Shown here in pieces: positions 19,526-29,973 of a stretch of DNA of 59,592 nucleotides. The number at the start of each line of letters is the position of its first letter. Position 1 is the first letter of the stretch. The notes under the pieces were generated by a model that had not been told where the DNA came from, did not search any database, and saw only the letters and a program-made list of their open reading frames with translations. The DNA comes from Opitutia bacterium (GTDB taxonomy: Bacteria; Verrucomicrobiota; Verrucomicrobiia; Opitutales; T3Sed10-336): positions 6,145-65,736 of the forward strand of contig JBJHCF010000030.1 in the NCBI GenBank assembly GCA_050506795.1, in the 5' to 3' direction. Made by a program: the position numbers and the translations under genes.

Positions 19526-20992
19526 TTACAGTTCCGGGTGCCGGGTGTGGTAGTCGTGCGCCTGTTCAAACCGTTGGGCAATGGCGAACAGATCCGCTTC
19601 TTGAAAGGGCTGTCCCAGAATCTGCAATCCGATGGGCAGGCCCGACTCGCTGAATCCGCAGGGTATGGAGATACCCGGGATGCCGGACAAGTTGGCGCTG
19701 ATGGTGAAAATATCGCTCAGGTACATCTGGAGCGGATCGTCGGTCTTTTCTCCCTTGCGGAAGGCCGGCGACGGCGTGGTCGGGGTCAGCAGCGCATCGA
19801 CCTTCTCATACGCCTGCAGGAAATCCCGGCGGATGAGCGTGCGCACCTTCTGAGCCTTCAGATAATAGGCGTCGTAGTAGCCGCTGCTCAGCACATAGGT
19901 GCCCAGGATCACTCGGCGCTTCACTTCCGGGCCGAATCCTTCCGCCCGGCTTTTGAAGTAAAGGTCGATGGCGTCGGTTGCCTCGGCGCTGCGGTGCGAG
20001 TAGCGCACGCCGTCGTAGCGGGCGAGATTGGACGAGGCCTCGGCGGTGGCGATAATGTAGTACACCCCCACCGCGTGCTCGGTGTGCGGGAGAGAGACAT
20101 CGACTATTTCGCAACCTTCGCCGCGGTAAAACTCGATCGCGGCCTCGATGGCGCGGGCCACTTCCGGGTCCAGGCCCTCGCCGAAATACTCTTTGGGAAT
20201 GCCGAGCTTCCAGGGGCCTTTGCGGCTGTTGAGCTCCTGACGGTAATCGGGAATATCCGTTTTGTAGGAGCTGGAGTCACGGTCGTCGTGTCCGGCCACT
20301 GCCTGCAAGAGAATCGCCGCGTCCTCCACCGTGTGCGCGAAGGGGCCGATCTGGTCGAGCGACGACGCAAAGGCCACCAGGCCATAGCGTGAAACCAGGC
20401 CGTAGGTGGGTTTCATGCCGACCACTCCGCAGAGCGCGGCGGGCTGACGAATGGACCCTCCAGTGTCGCTGCCGAGACTGATCGGCGCCTCGCCGGCCGC
20501 GACGCAGGCGGCGCTGCCGCCGCTGCTGCCGCCGGGAATACAATCGGTGTTCCAGGGATTGGACGTGGTCTTGACCGAGGAATTCTCGGTGGAGGAACCC
20601 ATCGCAAATTCGTCCATGTTGAGCCGTCCCCAAGGCACGGCTCCGGCGGCCTTCAGCCGGGCGATAGCGGTCGCGTCGTAGGGCGAAACAAACTTCCCCA
20701 ACATCCGGCTGGCGCAGGTCAAGGGCTGACCTTCCACCGCCAGGACGTCCTTGATGCCGACCGGAATGCCATCCAGCGGGCCAAAAGCTTTCCCTTCGGC
20801 GCGGCGACGGTCGGAAGCCCGCGCCCGTTCGAGGGCGTCTCCCTCATCAAAGGAAATGAAGGCGCTGACTTTGTCATCCACCGCGCGGGTGCGCTCGATT
20901 ACAGAACGAACGATTTCCTCGGAGGAAACCTCCTTCGACTCCAGGGCGCGGCTCAGTTCGGCGGCGGTACGATAATACAGGGATTCTGCCAT
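19526..20992 (-). CDS. gatA: Asp/Glu-tRNA amidotransferase subunit A
   Basis: Amidase signature PGGSSGGSAA…GSDTGGSIRQPA, plus SSNLARYDG. Confidence 0.96.
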   Translation of the reverse strand: MAESLYYRTAAELSRALESKEVSSEEIVRSVIERTRAVDDKVSAFISFDEGDALERARASDRRRAEGKAFGPLDGIPVGIKDVLAVEGQPLTCASRMLGKFVSPYDATAIARLKAAGAVPWGRLNMDEFAMGSSTENSSVKTTSNPWNTDCIPGGSSGGSAACVAAGEAPISLGSDTGGSIRQPAALCGVVGMKPTYGLVSRYGLVAFASSLDQIGPFAHTVEDAAILLQAVAGHDDRDSSSYKTDIPDYRQELNSRKGPWKLGIPKEYFGEGLDPEVARAIEAAIEFYRGEGCEIVDVSLPHTEHAVGVYYIIATAEASSNLARYDGVRYSHRSAEATDAIDLYFKSRAEGFGPEVKRRVILGTYVLSSGYYDAYYLKAQKVRTLIRRDFLQAYEKVDALLTPTTPSPAFRKGEKTDDPLQMYLSDIFTISANLSGIPGISIPCGFSESGLPIGLQILGQPFQEADLFAIAQRFEQAHDYHTRHPEL

Positions 20993-21006
20993 GCCTTAAT
21001 CTTTCG

Positions 21007-21294
21007 TCACTCCACCACTTTGGGCACCACGATCATGTTCTGGCGGGCAGCGGGGGCGTTCCTCAATGCCACCTCCACCGGCATGGCCGGCTCGGCCTTG
21101 TCGTCGCGCCAAACATTTTCCAGGGGAAAGGCGTGGGCGGTGGGTTCCACTCCGGAAACATCGACCGTATCCAGTTTTTCAATATATTCTAAAACCTGAC
21201 CGAGCTGTCCGGAGAATCGCTCCTTTTCCTCGTCAGTTAGGGCGATGCGCGCCAGATTGGCGACGTAGTCGATGTCGATGCCGTCGTGTGCCAT
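21007..21294 (-). CDS. gatC: Asp/Glu-tRNA amidotransferase subunit C
   Basis: YVANLARI…VEPTAH…NAP…VPKVVE, upstream of gatA. Confidence 0.93.
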   Translation of the reverse strand: MAHDGIDIDYVANLARIALTDEEKERFSGQLGQVLEYIEKLDTVDVSGVEPTAHAFPLENVWRDDKAEPAMPVEVALRNAPAARQNMIVVPKVVE

Positions 21295-21299
21295 GATTT

Positions 21300-23756
21300 C
21301 TATTTTCGAATTCGGTATTCGGACTCACCGGCCAGGTCGTCCTGAATGGCCTGAAAGGCGGTGTTGACCTCCTCCTCGGTGAGCGTGCGGTCGGCGGAAC
21401 GAAAGATCAAACTGAAAGCCAGGTTTTTGCGGTCCTCGGGAATGCCCTGTCCTTCGTAAAGATCGAACAGGCTGACATTCTCCAGGGCAAATCGACCTCC
21501 CGTCGCCTTCTCCCCCGCCGCCAACAGCTTGCGACGCACGGTCTCGGCCATTTCCGAACGGGGAACCAGCAGCGCCAGGTCGCGTTCGGCCGCCGGGTAG
21601 GCACTGAACGGGCGAAAGACCGGACGGGCCGGGGCCTTTTCCAGTTTCTCCGGAAGGATCTCCAGGAGTCCCGCGATCACCGTTCCGTCGATTTCATAGG
21701 TTCTGAGCAGGGGCAGGTTGATTAATCCCATGCGCGCTTCGGCGCCGCCGGTGAGATCACCCACCCTCGCCGAATGGCCTTCCTGCCAGGCGGAGTTGGC
21801 CATTGGCACCGGTTGCAGGTCCGCCGTCGAAAAATCGACGCCTGCCATTGATGCGAGGCTAAAAATCAGGTTCTTGGCGGTGTAAAAATCGGGCGCCTCC
21901 CGTGTTTTCCAGGAGCGAATCTGATCGGTGTTCAGAATGACGAACGCCACTGAGGTCACTTCCAAAACCTCGCCGGAGACTTCACGGAAGGTCCGGCCGC
22001 GCTCAAAGAAACGAACCCCGCCGGTTTTGCGGTGCTGGTTGAGGCGCAACACATCGAGCAGTCCCGGAATCAAAGACCAACGCAGGTGCGACTGGTCGGC
22101 GCTCAGGGGATTGGACAATTTCAGCGAATCGGAGGCGGCGCGGGAGAACCAGCGCTCCAATTCCTCGCCGGAACGCAATGAATAGTTGAATGCCTCGAAA
22201 AAGTGCTGTCCGGCCAGGTACTCCGCCGCCTTGCGGTTGAACACCACCTGGAAATCGTCGTCGGCATCGAGTCCGGCGCAGCGGACGGGCGCTTCCGGGA
22301 TTTTATCCGTACCGTGGATACGCACCACTTCCTCCACCAGATCGATGGGGCTTTCCAGGTCGGTCCGAAAACTGGGAATCCCGATGTCCCACCGCGCCAG
22401 CTGGTCGCGGGTGTCCCGCCGGGTGACCTGCAGCTCCAGGGACTCCAGGATCTCACTGATGGTGTTGTCCGGAATATCAAATCCGGCCCGGCGACGAACA
22501 AAATCAAAATCCAGCTCGATGCTCTGTTCCAGCACCGGTTCTTCGCCGACCTGAATCGGTTCAACTTCGATACGGCCCCCGGCCAGCTCAAGTATCAGGT
22601 CCAGGGCGCGCTGCGCGGCATATTTGATCCCCCGGGGATCGACTCCGCGCTCGAAGCGGTAGGAACTGTCGGACGAAAGCGTGAGCCGTTTGGAGGTTCG
22701 GCGAATCGAATTGGCGCGAAAGTAGGCCGACTCCAGGACAAGATCAGTGGTGGTCTCGTCCACCTCCGCGTCGACGCTGCCCATGACCCCGGCCACCACC
22801 AGCGGTTTCTCCGCATCCGCGATGACCAGCATGTTCTGGCTGAGAGAACGTTCCTTGTCGTCCAGCGTAACAATCTTTTCGCCTTCGCGGGCGTGACGAA
22901 TGATCAGCTTCTTCCCGCCGATCTTGGCGGCGTCGAACGCATGCAGCGGCTGACCCAGTTCAAGGAGCACAAAATTGGTAATATCGACCACGTTGTTGAT
23001 CGGGCGCAGGCCCACCGACATCAGCGCGGCCTGGAGCCATTCCGGGCTCGGGCCGATCTTGACGCCGCTCACCATGTGGGCGGTATAGAGCGGACAATCC
23101 TCCTCCGCCTCCACCTTGACGCTTTCCAACAGGCGGCCGCGGGCATCATTCTCCTCGGGAGTCAGCGAATGGGTGATGTCCGGGTAGGACAGGGCCAGGC
23201 CAAAATAAGCGGCCAGCTCGCGCGCGATCCCAACGTGACTGAGGCAGTCGGGACGGTTGGGTGTCACTTCAACGTCGTACACCACATCGCCCCCGGGGAA
23301 CACATCGTTGATGGGTGTGCCCAGTTCCGGCCGGTTCTCCAAAACGAACAGGCCGTCGGCAACATCCTCCAAGCCGAGTTCTCCGGCGCTGCACATCATA
23401 CCCTCGGACTGCACGCCGCGCAGCTTGGAGGCCTTGATCTTAAAGCCGCCCGGCAGCACCGCGCCGGGAAGCGCCACCGGCACGCGGTCGCCCACCTTGT
23501 AGTTCTTCGCCCCGCACACGATGGTGCGCGCCTCCCCGCCGTCACCCACCGAAACCTGACAGACGCTGAGCCGGTCGGCATTCGGGTGCGGCTCGCTTGA
23601 CAGCACTTCGCCCACCACCACGTGGTTGAGGTCCGGAAGGCCGGTCGTTTCCACACCTTCCACTTCGAAGCCGATCAAAGTCAGGGCCTCTTCGACCTCT
23701 TCGGGCGTTCGGTCGAGGTCAATGTAACGCCGCAGCCAATGGGTACTGATCTTCAT
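21300..23756 (-). CDS. pheT: Phenylalanyl-tRNA synthetase beta subunit
   Basis: HPNADRL, VCGA, TPNRPDCLS, NNVVDITN, RFERGVD and a C-terminal FDX-ACB domain. Confidence 0.96.
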   Translation of the reverse strand: MKISTHWLRRYIDLDRTPEEVEEALTLIGFEVEGVETTGLPDLNHVVVGEVLSSEPHPNADRLSVCQVSVGDGGEARTIVCGAKNYKVGDRVPVALPGAVLPGGFKIKASKLRGVQSEGMMCSAGELGLEDVADGLFVLENRPELGTPINDVFPGGDVVYDVEVTPNRPDCLSHVGIARELAAYFGLALSYPDITHSLTPEENDARGRLLESVKVEAEEDCPLYTAHMVSGVKIGPSPEWLQAALMSVGLRPINNVVDITNFVLLELGQPLHAFDAAKIGGKKLIIRHAREGEKIVTLDDKERSLSQNMLVIADAEKPLVVAGVMGSVDAEVDETTTDLVLESAYFRANSIRRTSKRLTLSSDSSYRFERGVDPRGIKYAAQRALDLILELAGGRIEVEPIQVGEEPVLEQSIELDFDFVRRRAGFDIPDNTISEILESLELQVTRRDTRDQLARWDIGIPSFRTDLESPIDLVEEVVRIHGTDKIPEAPVRCAGLDADDDFQVVFNRKAAEYLAGQHFFEAFNYSLRSGEELERWFSRAASDSLKLSNPLSADQSHLRWSLIPGLLDVLRLNQHRKTGGVRFFERGRTFREVSGEVLEVTSVAFVILNTDQIRSWKTREAPDFYTAKNLIFSLASMAGVDFSTADLQPVPMANSAWQEGHSARVGDLTGGAEARMGLINLPLLRTYEIDGTVIAGLLEILPEKLEKAPARPVFRPFSAYPAAERDLALLVPRSEMAETVRRKLLAAGEKATGGRFALENVSLFDLYEGQGIPEDRKNLAFSLIFRSADRTLTEEEVNTAFQAIQDDLAGESEYRIRK

Positions 23757-24796
23757 CGTGCGAACTGTTGCAGGAATCGAAAGTCGTTCTGATAGAAATA
23801 CCGAATATCGTCCACGCCGTGGAGAATCATGGCGATCCGCTCGATTCCCATGCCAAAGGCGAACCCGGAATACTTCTCCCGGTCGTACCCCACCGCGTCA
23901 AACACCGACGGGTGCACAATGCCGCAGCCCGCGATTTCAATCCATTCACTGCCGAGTTTCCGCAGGTGGGACGATGAAAAATCCACCTCGAAACTCGGTT
24001 CGGTGTAAGGGAAAAAATGCGGCCGGAACCGGGTGCGGGCATCCTTGCCCAGCAGGGAACGGATGAAGTAGTCGAGCAACGCCTTCAGGTCCTTGACCGA
24101 GACGTCCTCGTCGACATACAGCCCTTCGATCTGATGAAAATTCGCGCTGTGGGTGGCGTCGGCGGTATCCCGGCGAAAACAGCGGCCGGGCGAGACCACC
24201 CGCACCGGGGGCGGGGTCTTCAGCATGTGCCTGATCTGTACCGACGAGGTGTGGGTTCGCAGCAGGTAACGCTCGTCCTCTTTTTTGGAAATGTTTCCGA
24301 AACGGGCGTTCTCGGGCAGGTAATAGGTGTCCTGCAAATCGCGCGCCGGGTGATCCGAGGGCGTGTTCAGGGCATCGAAGCAATAATACTCCGTCTCCAC
24401 TTCGGGCCCCTCCACCACCGAAAACCCGACCTTGCGGAAAATCGAGCAGATCTCTTCGCGCACCTGGGCCAAGGGATGCAGGCTTCCGCGCGCGCCATCA
24501 GGACTTGGAAGGGACGGGTCGATCGGCGGACCGAGACGGGCGGCCGTTTCTCTTTCCTCAATACCGTCGAGCAGATCCTGGAAAAGGGATTCGATGGTCT
24601 TTTTGACCTCGTTGAGCGCCCGTCCGACACGGGGCTTGTCCTCCTTCGGGACGGCGCCCATGCCCTTGACCACCTGGGTCAGTTCGCCTTTGGGACCAAC
24701 CAGGCGAGCTTTGAAGGCTTCGAGGTCGGCCCGTGTCTCGACGTCCTTCGCTCCCTGCCGCGCCCCTTCTAAAATGGACTGGAGCTTGTCTTCCAT
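23753..24796 (-). CDS. pheS: Phenylalanyl-tRNA synthetase alpha subunit
   Basis: HPAR..QDT, LLRTHTSSVQIR, FHQIEGL, FPYTEPS and GFAFGMGIERIAM motifs. Confidence 0.96.
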   Translation of the reverse strand: MEDKLQSILEGARQGAKDVETRADLEAFKARLVGPKGELTQVVKGMGAVPKEDKPRVGRALNEVKKTIESLFQDLLDGIEERETAARLGPPIDPSLPSPDGARGSLHPLAQVREEICSIFRKVGFSVVEGPEVETEYYCFDALNTPSDHPARDLQDTYYLPENARFGNISKKEDERYLLRTHTSSVQIRHMLKTPPPVRVVSPGRCFRRDTADATHSANFHQIEGLYVDEDVSVKDLKALLDYFIRSLLGKDARTRFRPHFFPYTEPSFEVDFSSSHLRKLGSEWIEIAGCGIVHPSVFDAVGYDREKYSGFAFGMGIERIAMILHGVDDIRYFYQNDFRFLQQFAR

Positions 24797-24817
24797 GCGC
24801 CGGAAACCTCCGTGCGA

Positions 24818-25240
24818 TCAGGCGTCAGCGCCCGTCGCGGATTTCCAGCTGCGGGTCGGCTTCAGTCCGGCTGCCTTGCGCTTGGCTTCCAAGGCATCTT
24901 TCGCCTTGCGAACCACCGCCTTAAACGCTTCCGGATCCCGGACAGCCATGTCGGCCAACGCCTTGCGGTCGAGCCCGATTTCGGCGGCCACCAGCCCTTC
25001 CTGGAATCGGCTGTAACTAATGCCGGCCTCGCGGCAGGCCGCGTTCACCCGGACAATCCACAGGGAACGCCAGGTCCGCTTTTTCAAGCGGCGGTGATAA
25101 TAGGCGTACTGTCCCGCATGGGCCACGGCCTCTTTGGCGTAGCGGTAAAGCCGGGACTTGTTTCCGTAATACCCCTTGGCCCGCTTGAGCATCTTCTTGC
25201 GGCGCTGGCGGGAGGCGGGAGAGTTGGTGGCTCTTGGCAT
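24818..25240 (-). CDS. rplT: 50S ribosomal protein L20
   Basis: KRAKGYYG…[11 protein letters not shown]…SYSRF…LDRKALAD. Confidence 0.95.
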   Translation of the reverse strand: MPRATNSPASRQRRKKMLKRAKGYYGNKSRLYRYAKEAVAHAGQYAYYHRRLKKRTWRSLWIVRVNAACREAGISYSRFQEGLVAAEIGLDRKALADMAVRDPEAFKAVVRKAKDALEAKRKAAGLKPTRSWKSATGADA

Positions 25241-25291
25241 GGTGTGCTTCCTTAAAAATCTCTGCTAGACGATCACTAACAAGCGTAAACC

Positions 25292-25486
25292 TCAGTTGCC
25301 GAACGGCATGGCGCGCTTTAAAGAATCGGCGCGCGACTCCGAAACCAGCTTGGCCTGCCCCAACCGGCGCTTGCGCTTCCGACTCTTGGCGGAAAGCAGG
25401 TGGCGCATGCCCGGGCTGCGGCGCAGCAACTTGCCGGTGCCGGTGATCTTAAAGCGCTTGGCGATCGATTTCTTCGTTTTCTGCAT
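25292..25486 (-). CDS. rpmI: 50S ribosomal protein L35
   Basis: MQKTKKSIAKRFKITGTGK…HLLSAKSRKRKRRL. Confidence 0.95.
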   Translation of the reverse strand: MQKTKKSIAKRFKITGTGKLLRRSPGMRHLLSAKSRKRKRRLGQAKLVSESRADSLKRAMPFGN

Positions 25487-25625
25487 GGCTGGAATCGGTG
25501 AAAAAGAGTGAATAAAACCCAGCGCGGAAGGGATGTAAAGCGTAAAGGTGGGAAAATCCCGTCGGAGCACGGGATCCGGCCGGCAGACCGCAATCATCCC
25601 AAATATCCTGACCAAAAGACGGCAT

Positions 25626-26627
25626 TCAAGCCTTCTGCGAAGTGTCCGGAACCGGCGTTCCGAAATCCGGCATGCCGTCCTCACGCCACCCCACCAGTTG
25701 GGCCCGGGTATGACGATTGGGGTCGTCGAGGGGATCGCCTTCGATTTCTTTATAATTGCGGGCGTGGTACACCATGATGACCCGCCCTTGCTCGTCCTCG
25801 ACGAAACAATTGTGCCCCGGACCGTACTGGCCGGCGGCTTCGTCGGTGCCGAACACCGGCTCGGGCGATTTCGTCCAGGACTTCGGGTCCAGCAAATCGG
25901 CGTCCTCGGGAGCGTGCAGCAGCCCCATGCAGTAGTTGTAATCGGTCGCCGAAGCCGAATAGGTGATAAAAACCCGGCCGTTGCGCTTCACCACCGCCGC
26001 GCCTTCGTTGACCCGGAACCCGATCACCTCCCAGGACAATTCCGGATGCGTCAAAGCAACCTGGGGACTCACGATCGACCAGGGCGTATCCATCTCGGCG
26101 ATAAAGAGACTGGTGTTGCCGCCCACCTTCGGATCGTGCTGCGCCCACACCAGGTAGCGCTTCCCGCGATGTTCGAACGTGGTGGCGTCGAGGGAAAAGG
26201 AAGTCCAATCGGTTTTGATCTGACCGCGTTCCACCCACTCCCCCTTCATCGGATCGTCGCCGGCGTTCTCCAGCACGTACATACGAATGTCCCAGACGTC
26301 CGCCGTGGCGTCGCCGGCGCCCCCCGCCGCGAAGTAGATGTACCAGCGCCCGTCGATCCGGTGCAGTTCCGGCGCCCAGATGTGCGAACCCATGGCGCCG
26401 GTCTCGTGTTTGCGCCAGACCACCTTCGGCGGTGCATCACGCAACCCGTCCAGCGTCCTCGCCCGCCGAATCTCCAGCCGGTCGTACTCCGGCACCGTGG
26501 CGATGAAATAATAATATCCGTCATCGTGCCGCACCACCCACGGATCCGCCCGCTGCTCCACCAACGGGTTGGTCCAGGGAAGCGATCGCGGAGAGTCCGC
26601 GGAAGAGGAATGATTTTCGGTTGTCAT
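25626..26627 (-). CDS. Glycoside hydrolase family 43 (arabinofuranosidase-like)
   Basis: RADPWV, IWAPELH, SLDAT, VNEG, YSAS and GPGHN motifs. Start 26627 inferred; no clear signal peptide. Confidence 0.9.
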   Translation of the reverse strand: MTTENHSSSADSPRSLPWTNPLVEQRADPWVVRHDDGYYYFIATVPEYDRLEIRRARTLDGLRDAPPKVVWRKHETGAMGSHIWAPELHRIDGRWYIYFAAGGAGDATADVWDIRMYVLENAGDDPMKGEWVERGQIKTDWTSFSLDATTFEHRGKRYLVWAQHDPKVGGNTSLFIAEMDTPWSIVSPQVALTHPELSWEVIGFRVNEGAAVVKRNGRVFITYSASATDYNYCMGLLHAPEDADLLDPKSWTKSPEPVFGTDEAAGQYGPGHNCFVEDEQGRVIMVYHARNYKEIEGDPLDDPNRHTRAQLVGWREDGMPDFGTPVPDTSQKA

Positions 26628-26910
26628 GAGATGAATGATGAAACTGAATTCGCTCCACGGAAACAGCGAAACCCGCCGGAGACCGATATTTTTCGCCGCG
26701 TTACCGTTCGCAGACACGGTTATTTATCACATCGGAAATCCGTTCGAGGTCGAATCTTCGTTCAAGAGATCAGTACCGGGAAGGCGTGAGGTAGAAGGAA
26801 TAACTAGGAGGTAGCAACCGAATCCATCCCGCAATCGATTTCCGACAAGCAGTTATATCCGTAGGCCGAAGCCATTGACACCCGCCAACGGCCGCCTTAT
26901 CGACTCCTGA

Positions 26911-28074
26911 ATGAAGACCTTTCCGACGGTTGCCCTCATCCTGTCCCTCACCATAACATTTTTCTCCTCCATGCACGCCAACTCTCCCGTCCTTCCCGGC
27001 GTCGGCGACGCCGTGAATGCCATGATCGAAAACCGGGAAATCGCCGGGGCGGTCACGCTGGTGACCTCCGCCGACGAAATCCTGCACCTGGAGACCTCGG
27101 GCTGGGCCGATCTGGCCTCCGAAACCCCCATGCGGGCCGACAATATTTTCTGGATCGCTTCCATGACCAAACCGATCACCGGCATCGCCGCCCTGATGCT
27201 GCAAGAGGAAGGCCTACTGGATATCAATGATCCCGTCGCCAAATACATTCCCGAATTCGCCGAGCTGAAAACGCCCTCCGGCCGGCCGGCCGACCTGACC
27301 ATCGAGCAACTCCTCCTCCACACCTCAGGGTTGTCCGAAGCCCCAAGAAATATCTCGGCCCAGGCGCGAACCCTGGAGGACCTGATTCCCGCCTTTCTGG
27401 CCTCCCCCACTCTGTTCGAACCCGGAGAACGCTGGCAGTACTCCCAGTCCAGCATCAACACCGCCGCCCGCATCGTGGAAATCGTCAGCGGCCAACCTTA
27501 CGAGGTGTTTCTCGAGGAGCGCCTCTTCGGCCCTCTCGGCATGAAGGATACCGCCTTTTACCTCACCGGGGAACAGGCGGCACGCATGGCTTCCCTCTAC
27601 GCCCGCAACCTCGAGACCGGCGACCTCGAACCCGCGACCCCCTGGATGAACCCCGCCACCCGTGACCGTCCGCCCCTGGCCAACGGCGGCCTCTTTTCCA
27701 CCGCCCCCGACTACGCGCTCCTGTGCCAAATGCTGCTCAACGAAGGCACTTTCGACGGCCGCCGCTACCTCACTCCGGAATCGATCGAACAACTCATCCG
27801 CGACCGCACCGGTGACCTGAACGCCGGTTTTGTTCCCGGCAGCGCCTGGGGACTCGGCACCAGCCTGGTCCGCGAACCCCAGGGCATCACCGCCATGCTC
27901 TCCCCCGGCACCTACGGCCACGGCGGCGCCCACGGCACCCAGGCCTGGATCGATCCGGTGAAAGGCGTCGCCTACATCCTCATGGTACAACGCGCCAACT
28001 TCCCCAACAGCGACGGCAGCACCGTCAGAGAAGCCTTCCAAAAAGCCGCCGCCGCGGCGTTGGCGGAACGGTGA
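26911..28074 (+). CDS. Serine hydrolase, beta-lactamase/esterase family
   Basis: Signal peptide, SMTK (SxxK), LLLHTSG, PGERWQYS and GHGG. Confidence 0.88.
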   Translation: MKTFPTVALILSLTITFFSSMHANSPVLPGVGDAVNAMIENREIAGAVTLVTSADEILHLETSGWADLASETPMRADNIFWIASMTKPITGIAALMLQEEGLLDINDPVAKYIPEFAELKTPSGRPADLTIEQLLLHTSGLSEAPRNISAQARTLEDLIPAFLASPTLFEPGERWQYSQSSINTAARIVEIVSGQPYEVFLEERLFGPLGMKDTAFYLTGEQAARMASLYARNLETGDLEPATPWMNPATRDRPPLANGGLFSTAPDYALLCQMLLNEGTFDGRRYLTPESIEQLIRDRTGDLNAGFVPGSAWGLGTSLVREPQGITAMLSPGTYGHGGAHGTQAWIDPVKGVAYILMVQRANFPNSDGSTVREAFQKAAAAALAER

Positions 28075-28100
28075 GCGAGGCGGTTCCGCTCCGGGGCGGT

Positions 28101-28823
28101 TCACCACCACCAGGAAGGATGAGTAACTACTGACCTAAGTCGCAACTCGGAGAATTCGCGCCACTCAACCGTGCCGTCCATGTAGAGGATATTTCCACCA
28201 GCGGGACGGTCGCCATTCATGTGGTTGGTGCGTAGCAAAGGCTCCGTCAGCCACCCTTGAATTCCCATAAAATCCGAATCGACCGTATTTCCCAGGGAGA
28301 TCACCGCGTCCACTGCAAGTTCTCGTTCGCTTTCGGGAATCACCACCGATTCCGGCGTATGGCCCAGGTAAAACACGGTCTGTTCACCCAGATACCGATT
28401 CCCGTACCTGGAATCAATTCCCGCAGTCCCGTCAAACAGCAGAAGATAGGTTAGTGCACGGAAACCTGAATTGACAGCGAATTCCCACATCTCGTCCGCC
28501 AATTCCACCGGCCCCGACGGGCAATAGAACGATTCTTTTGTCACGGCTCCCGTAGCCTTCAGGCGATCCACAATACTGACATCCACATCCCATGCCCAGT
28601 TTCCGGTGTATTTGACCGGAAACCGCTTATCGTTTTGCTGCGCGTCGATGTGCACGGCCATGCCGATTTGACGCAGATTCGACGCGCACTGCGCGCGGTT
28701 CACCATCTCGCGCCCGGAGTTGAAAGCCGGTGCCAGCACGGCGGTCAGCACCGCAAGAATCGCAATAAACACCAACAGTTCGATCAAGGTGAATCCGTAT
28801 GAGGAGGTCTGTTTTGTCGTCAT
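28101..28823 (-). CDS. Prepilin-type N-terminal cleavage protein, H-X9-DG/DUF1559-like, paralog 1
   Basis: [25 protein letters not shown]…GGNILYMDG; ends PSWWW. Confidence 0.85.
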   Translation of the reverse strand: MTTKQTSSYGFTLIELLVFIAILAVLTAVLAPAFNSGREMVNRAQCASNLRQIGMAVHIDAQQNDKRFPVKYTGNWAWDVDVSIVDRLKATGAVTKESFYCPSGPVELADEMWEFAVNSGFRALTYLLLFDGTAGIDSRYGNRYLGEQTVFYLGHTPESVVIPESERELAVDAVISLGNTVDSDFMGIQGWLTEPLLRTNHMNGDRPAGGNILYMDGTVEWREFSELRLRSVVTHPSWWW

Positions 28824-28996
28824 GGGAGTATCAGGATGGTGAGTCGCGTTTTCTCTCGCCACAAGGCGATCCCATAAGGACATTCCCTTTCTCGCAGGTC
28901 AAGCGCTTGCTCCGCCGCCACTGAAGAAGAGACCCCCTCGCAATTTCTTATAGGCACCCGAACCGCGCCACCCCAATAGACAGCCACCACCCCCGA

Positions 28997-29032
28997 CGAC
29001 AATAAAACTATCAGCTGATAGTTTTATTGTCG
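28997..29032. repeat. Perfect 36-bp palindrome (PaaX-associated family, copy 1)
   Basis: CGACAATAAAACTATCAG|CTGATAGTTTTATTGTCG. Confidence 0.92.
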
Positions 29033-29205
29033 CAACGGAGGGAAGTGGCGAATCGGGATTGCAGCGCCTATTCCTTGTGATTTACCGAAAAATCCCAATC
29101 ACTTTGCCAGGCAATATATCTTTGACAGGCTTGACGGCTGATTCCGGTGATTCGTTGATGCCACAGCGTTGGCCGACCGGTAAACGAATGCGGTCCGCAA
29201 GCAAA

Positions 29206-29934
29206 CTACCACCACCAACTGGGAACGCTCTGTGTCCTAACCTGCATCTCCGAAAACTCGCGCCACTCAACCGTACCGTCCATAAAGAGTATATTCCCTC
29301 CCGCCGGACGATCACCGTTCATGTGATTGGTGCGATGCATCCCCCCCACCAGCCCGCCCTGAATCTCCATAAAATCTGAATCGACCGTACTCCCCGTAGA
29401 AAGCACGGCGTCCGCCGCGAGTACCCTCTCGCTTTCCGGAATGATCACCGGTTCCGGCGCACCGCCGGGCAAAACCACCATTTGCGGCCCCAACTCACGA
29501 TTCACGTACCATGGCAGAACTCCAGCGGTACCGTCGAACAGAATCACATAGGTCAAAAGCCGGAAACCGGAATCGTCACCGAAAACGGCGAAATCCCACA
29601 TTTCGTCTAAAAATTCAACCGTTCCCGACGGGCAGTACAACGTCTCCTTGGTCACGGCGCCGGTGGCCAACAAACGATCCACAATACTGGCATCTATATC
29701 CCATGGCCAAAAACCGTGTGATTTGACCGGAAACCGCTTGTCGTTCTGCTGCGCGTCAATGTGCACGGCGACACCGATCTGCCGCAGATTCGACGCGCAC
29801 TGCGCCCGGTTCACCATTTCGCGGCCCGAGTTGAAAACCGGTGCCAGCACGGAGGTCAGAACCGCAACGACCGCCAACAACACCAACAATTCAATCAGGG
29901 TAAATCCGGACGGGATGTGCTTTTCAAATCTCAT
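29206..29934 (-). CDS. Prepilin-type N-terminal cleavage protein, H-X9-DG/DUF1559-like, paralog 2
   Basis: Same motifs as paralog 1; ends PSWWW. Confidence 0.85.
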   Translation of the reverse strand: MRFEKHIPSGFTLIELLVLLAVVAVLTSVLAPVFNSGREMVNRAQCASNLRQIGVAVHIDAQQNDKRFPVKSHGFWPWDIDASIVDRLLATGAVTKETLYCPSGTVEFLDEMWDFAVFGDDSGFRLLTYVILFDGTAGVLPWYVNRELGPQMVVLPGGAPEPVIIPESERVLAADAVLSTGSTVDSDFMEIQGGLVGGMHRTNHMNGDRPAGGNILFMDGTVEWREFSEMQVRTQSVPSWWW

Positions 29935-29973
29935 GATCGGTAATATTCCAGCCGAGTCGATCAATAACTGCCT

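Noticed and set aside
25487..25625. L20 leader or Phe attenuator/T-box
   Set aside because: No recognisable consensus or Phe-rich leader peptide directly ahead of pheS; not supportable without a covariance search.
26911..28074. Antibiotic-resistance beta-lactamase
   Set aside because: It has SxxK and Y motifs but GHGG rather than KTG, which fits the broad esterase/serine-hydrolase group. Activity cannot be inferred.
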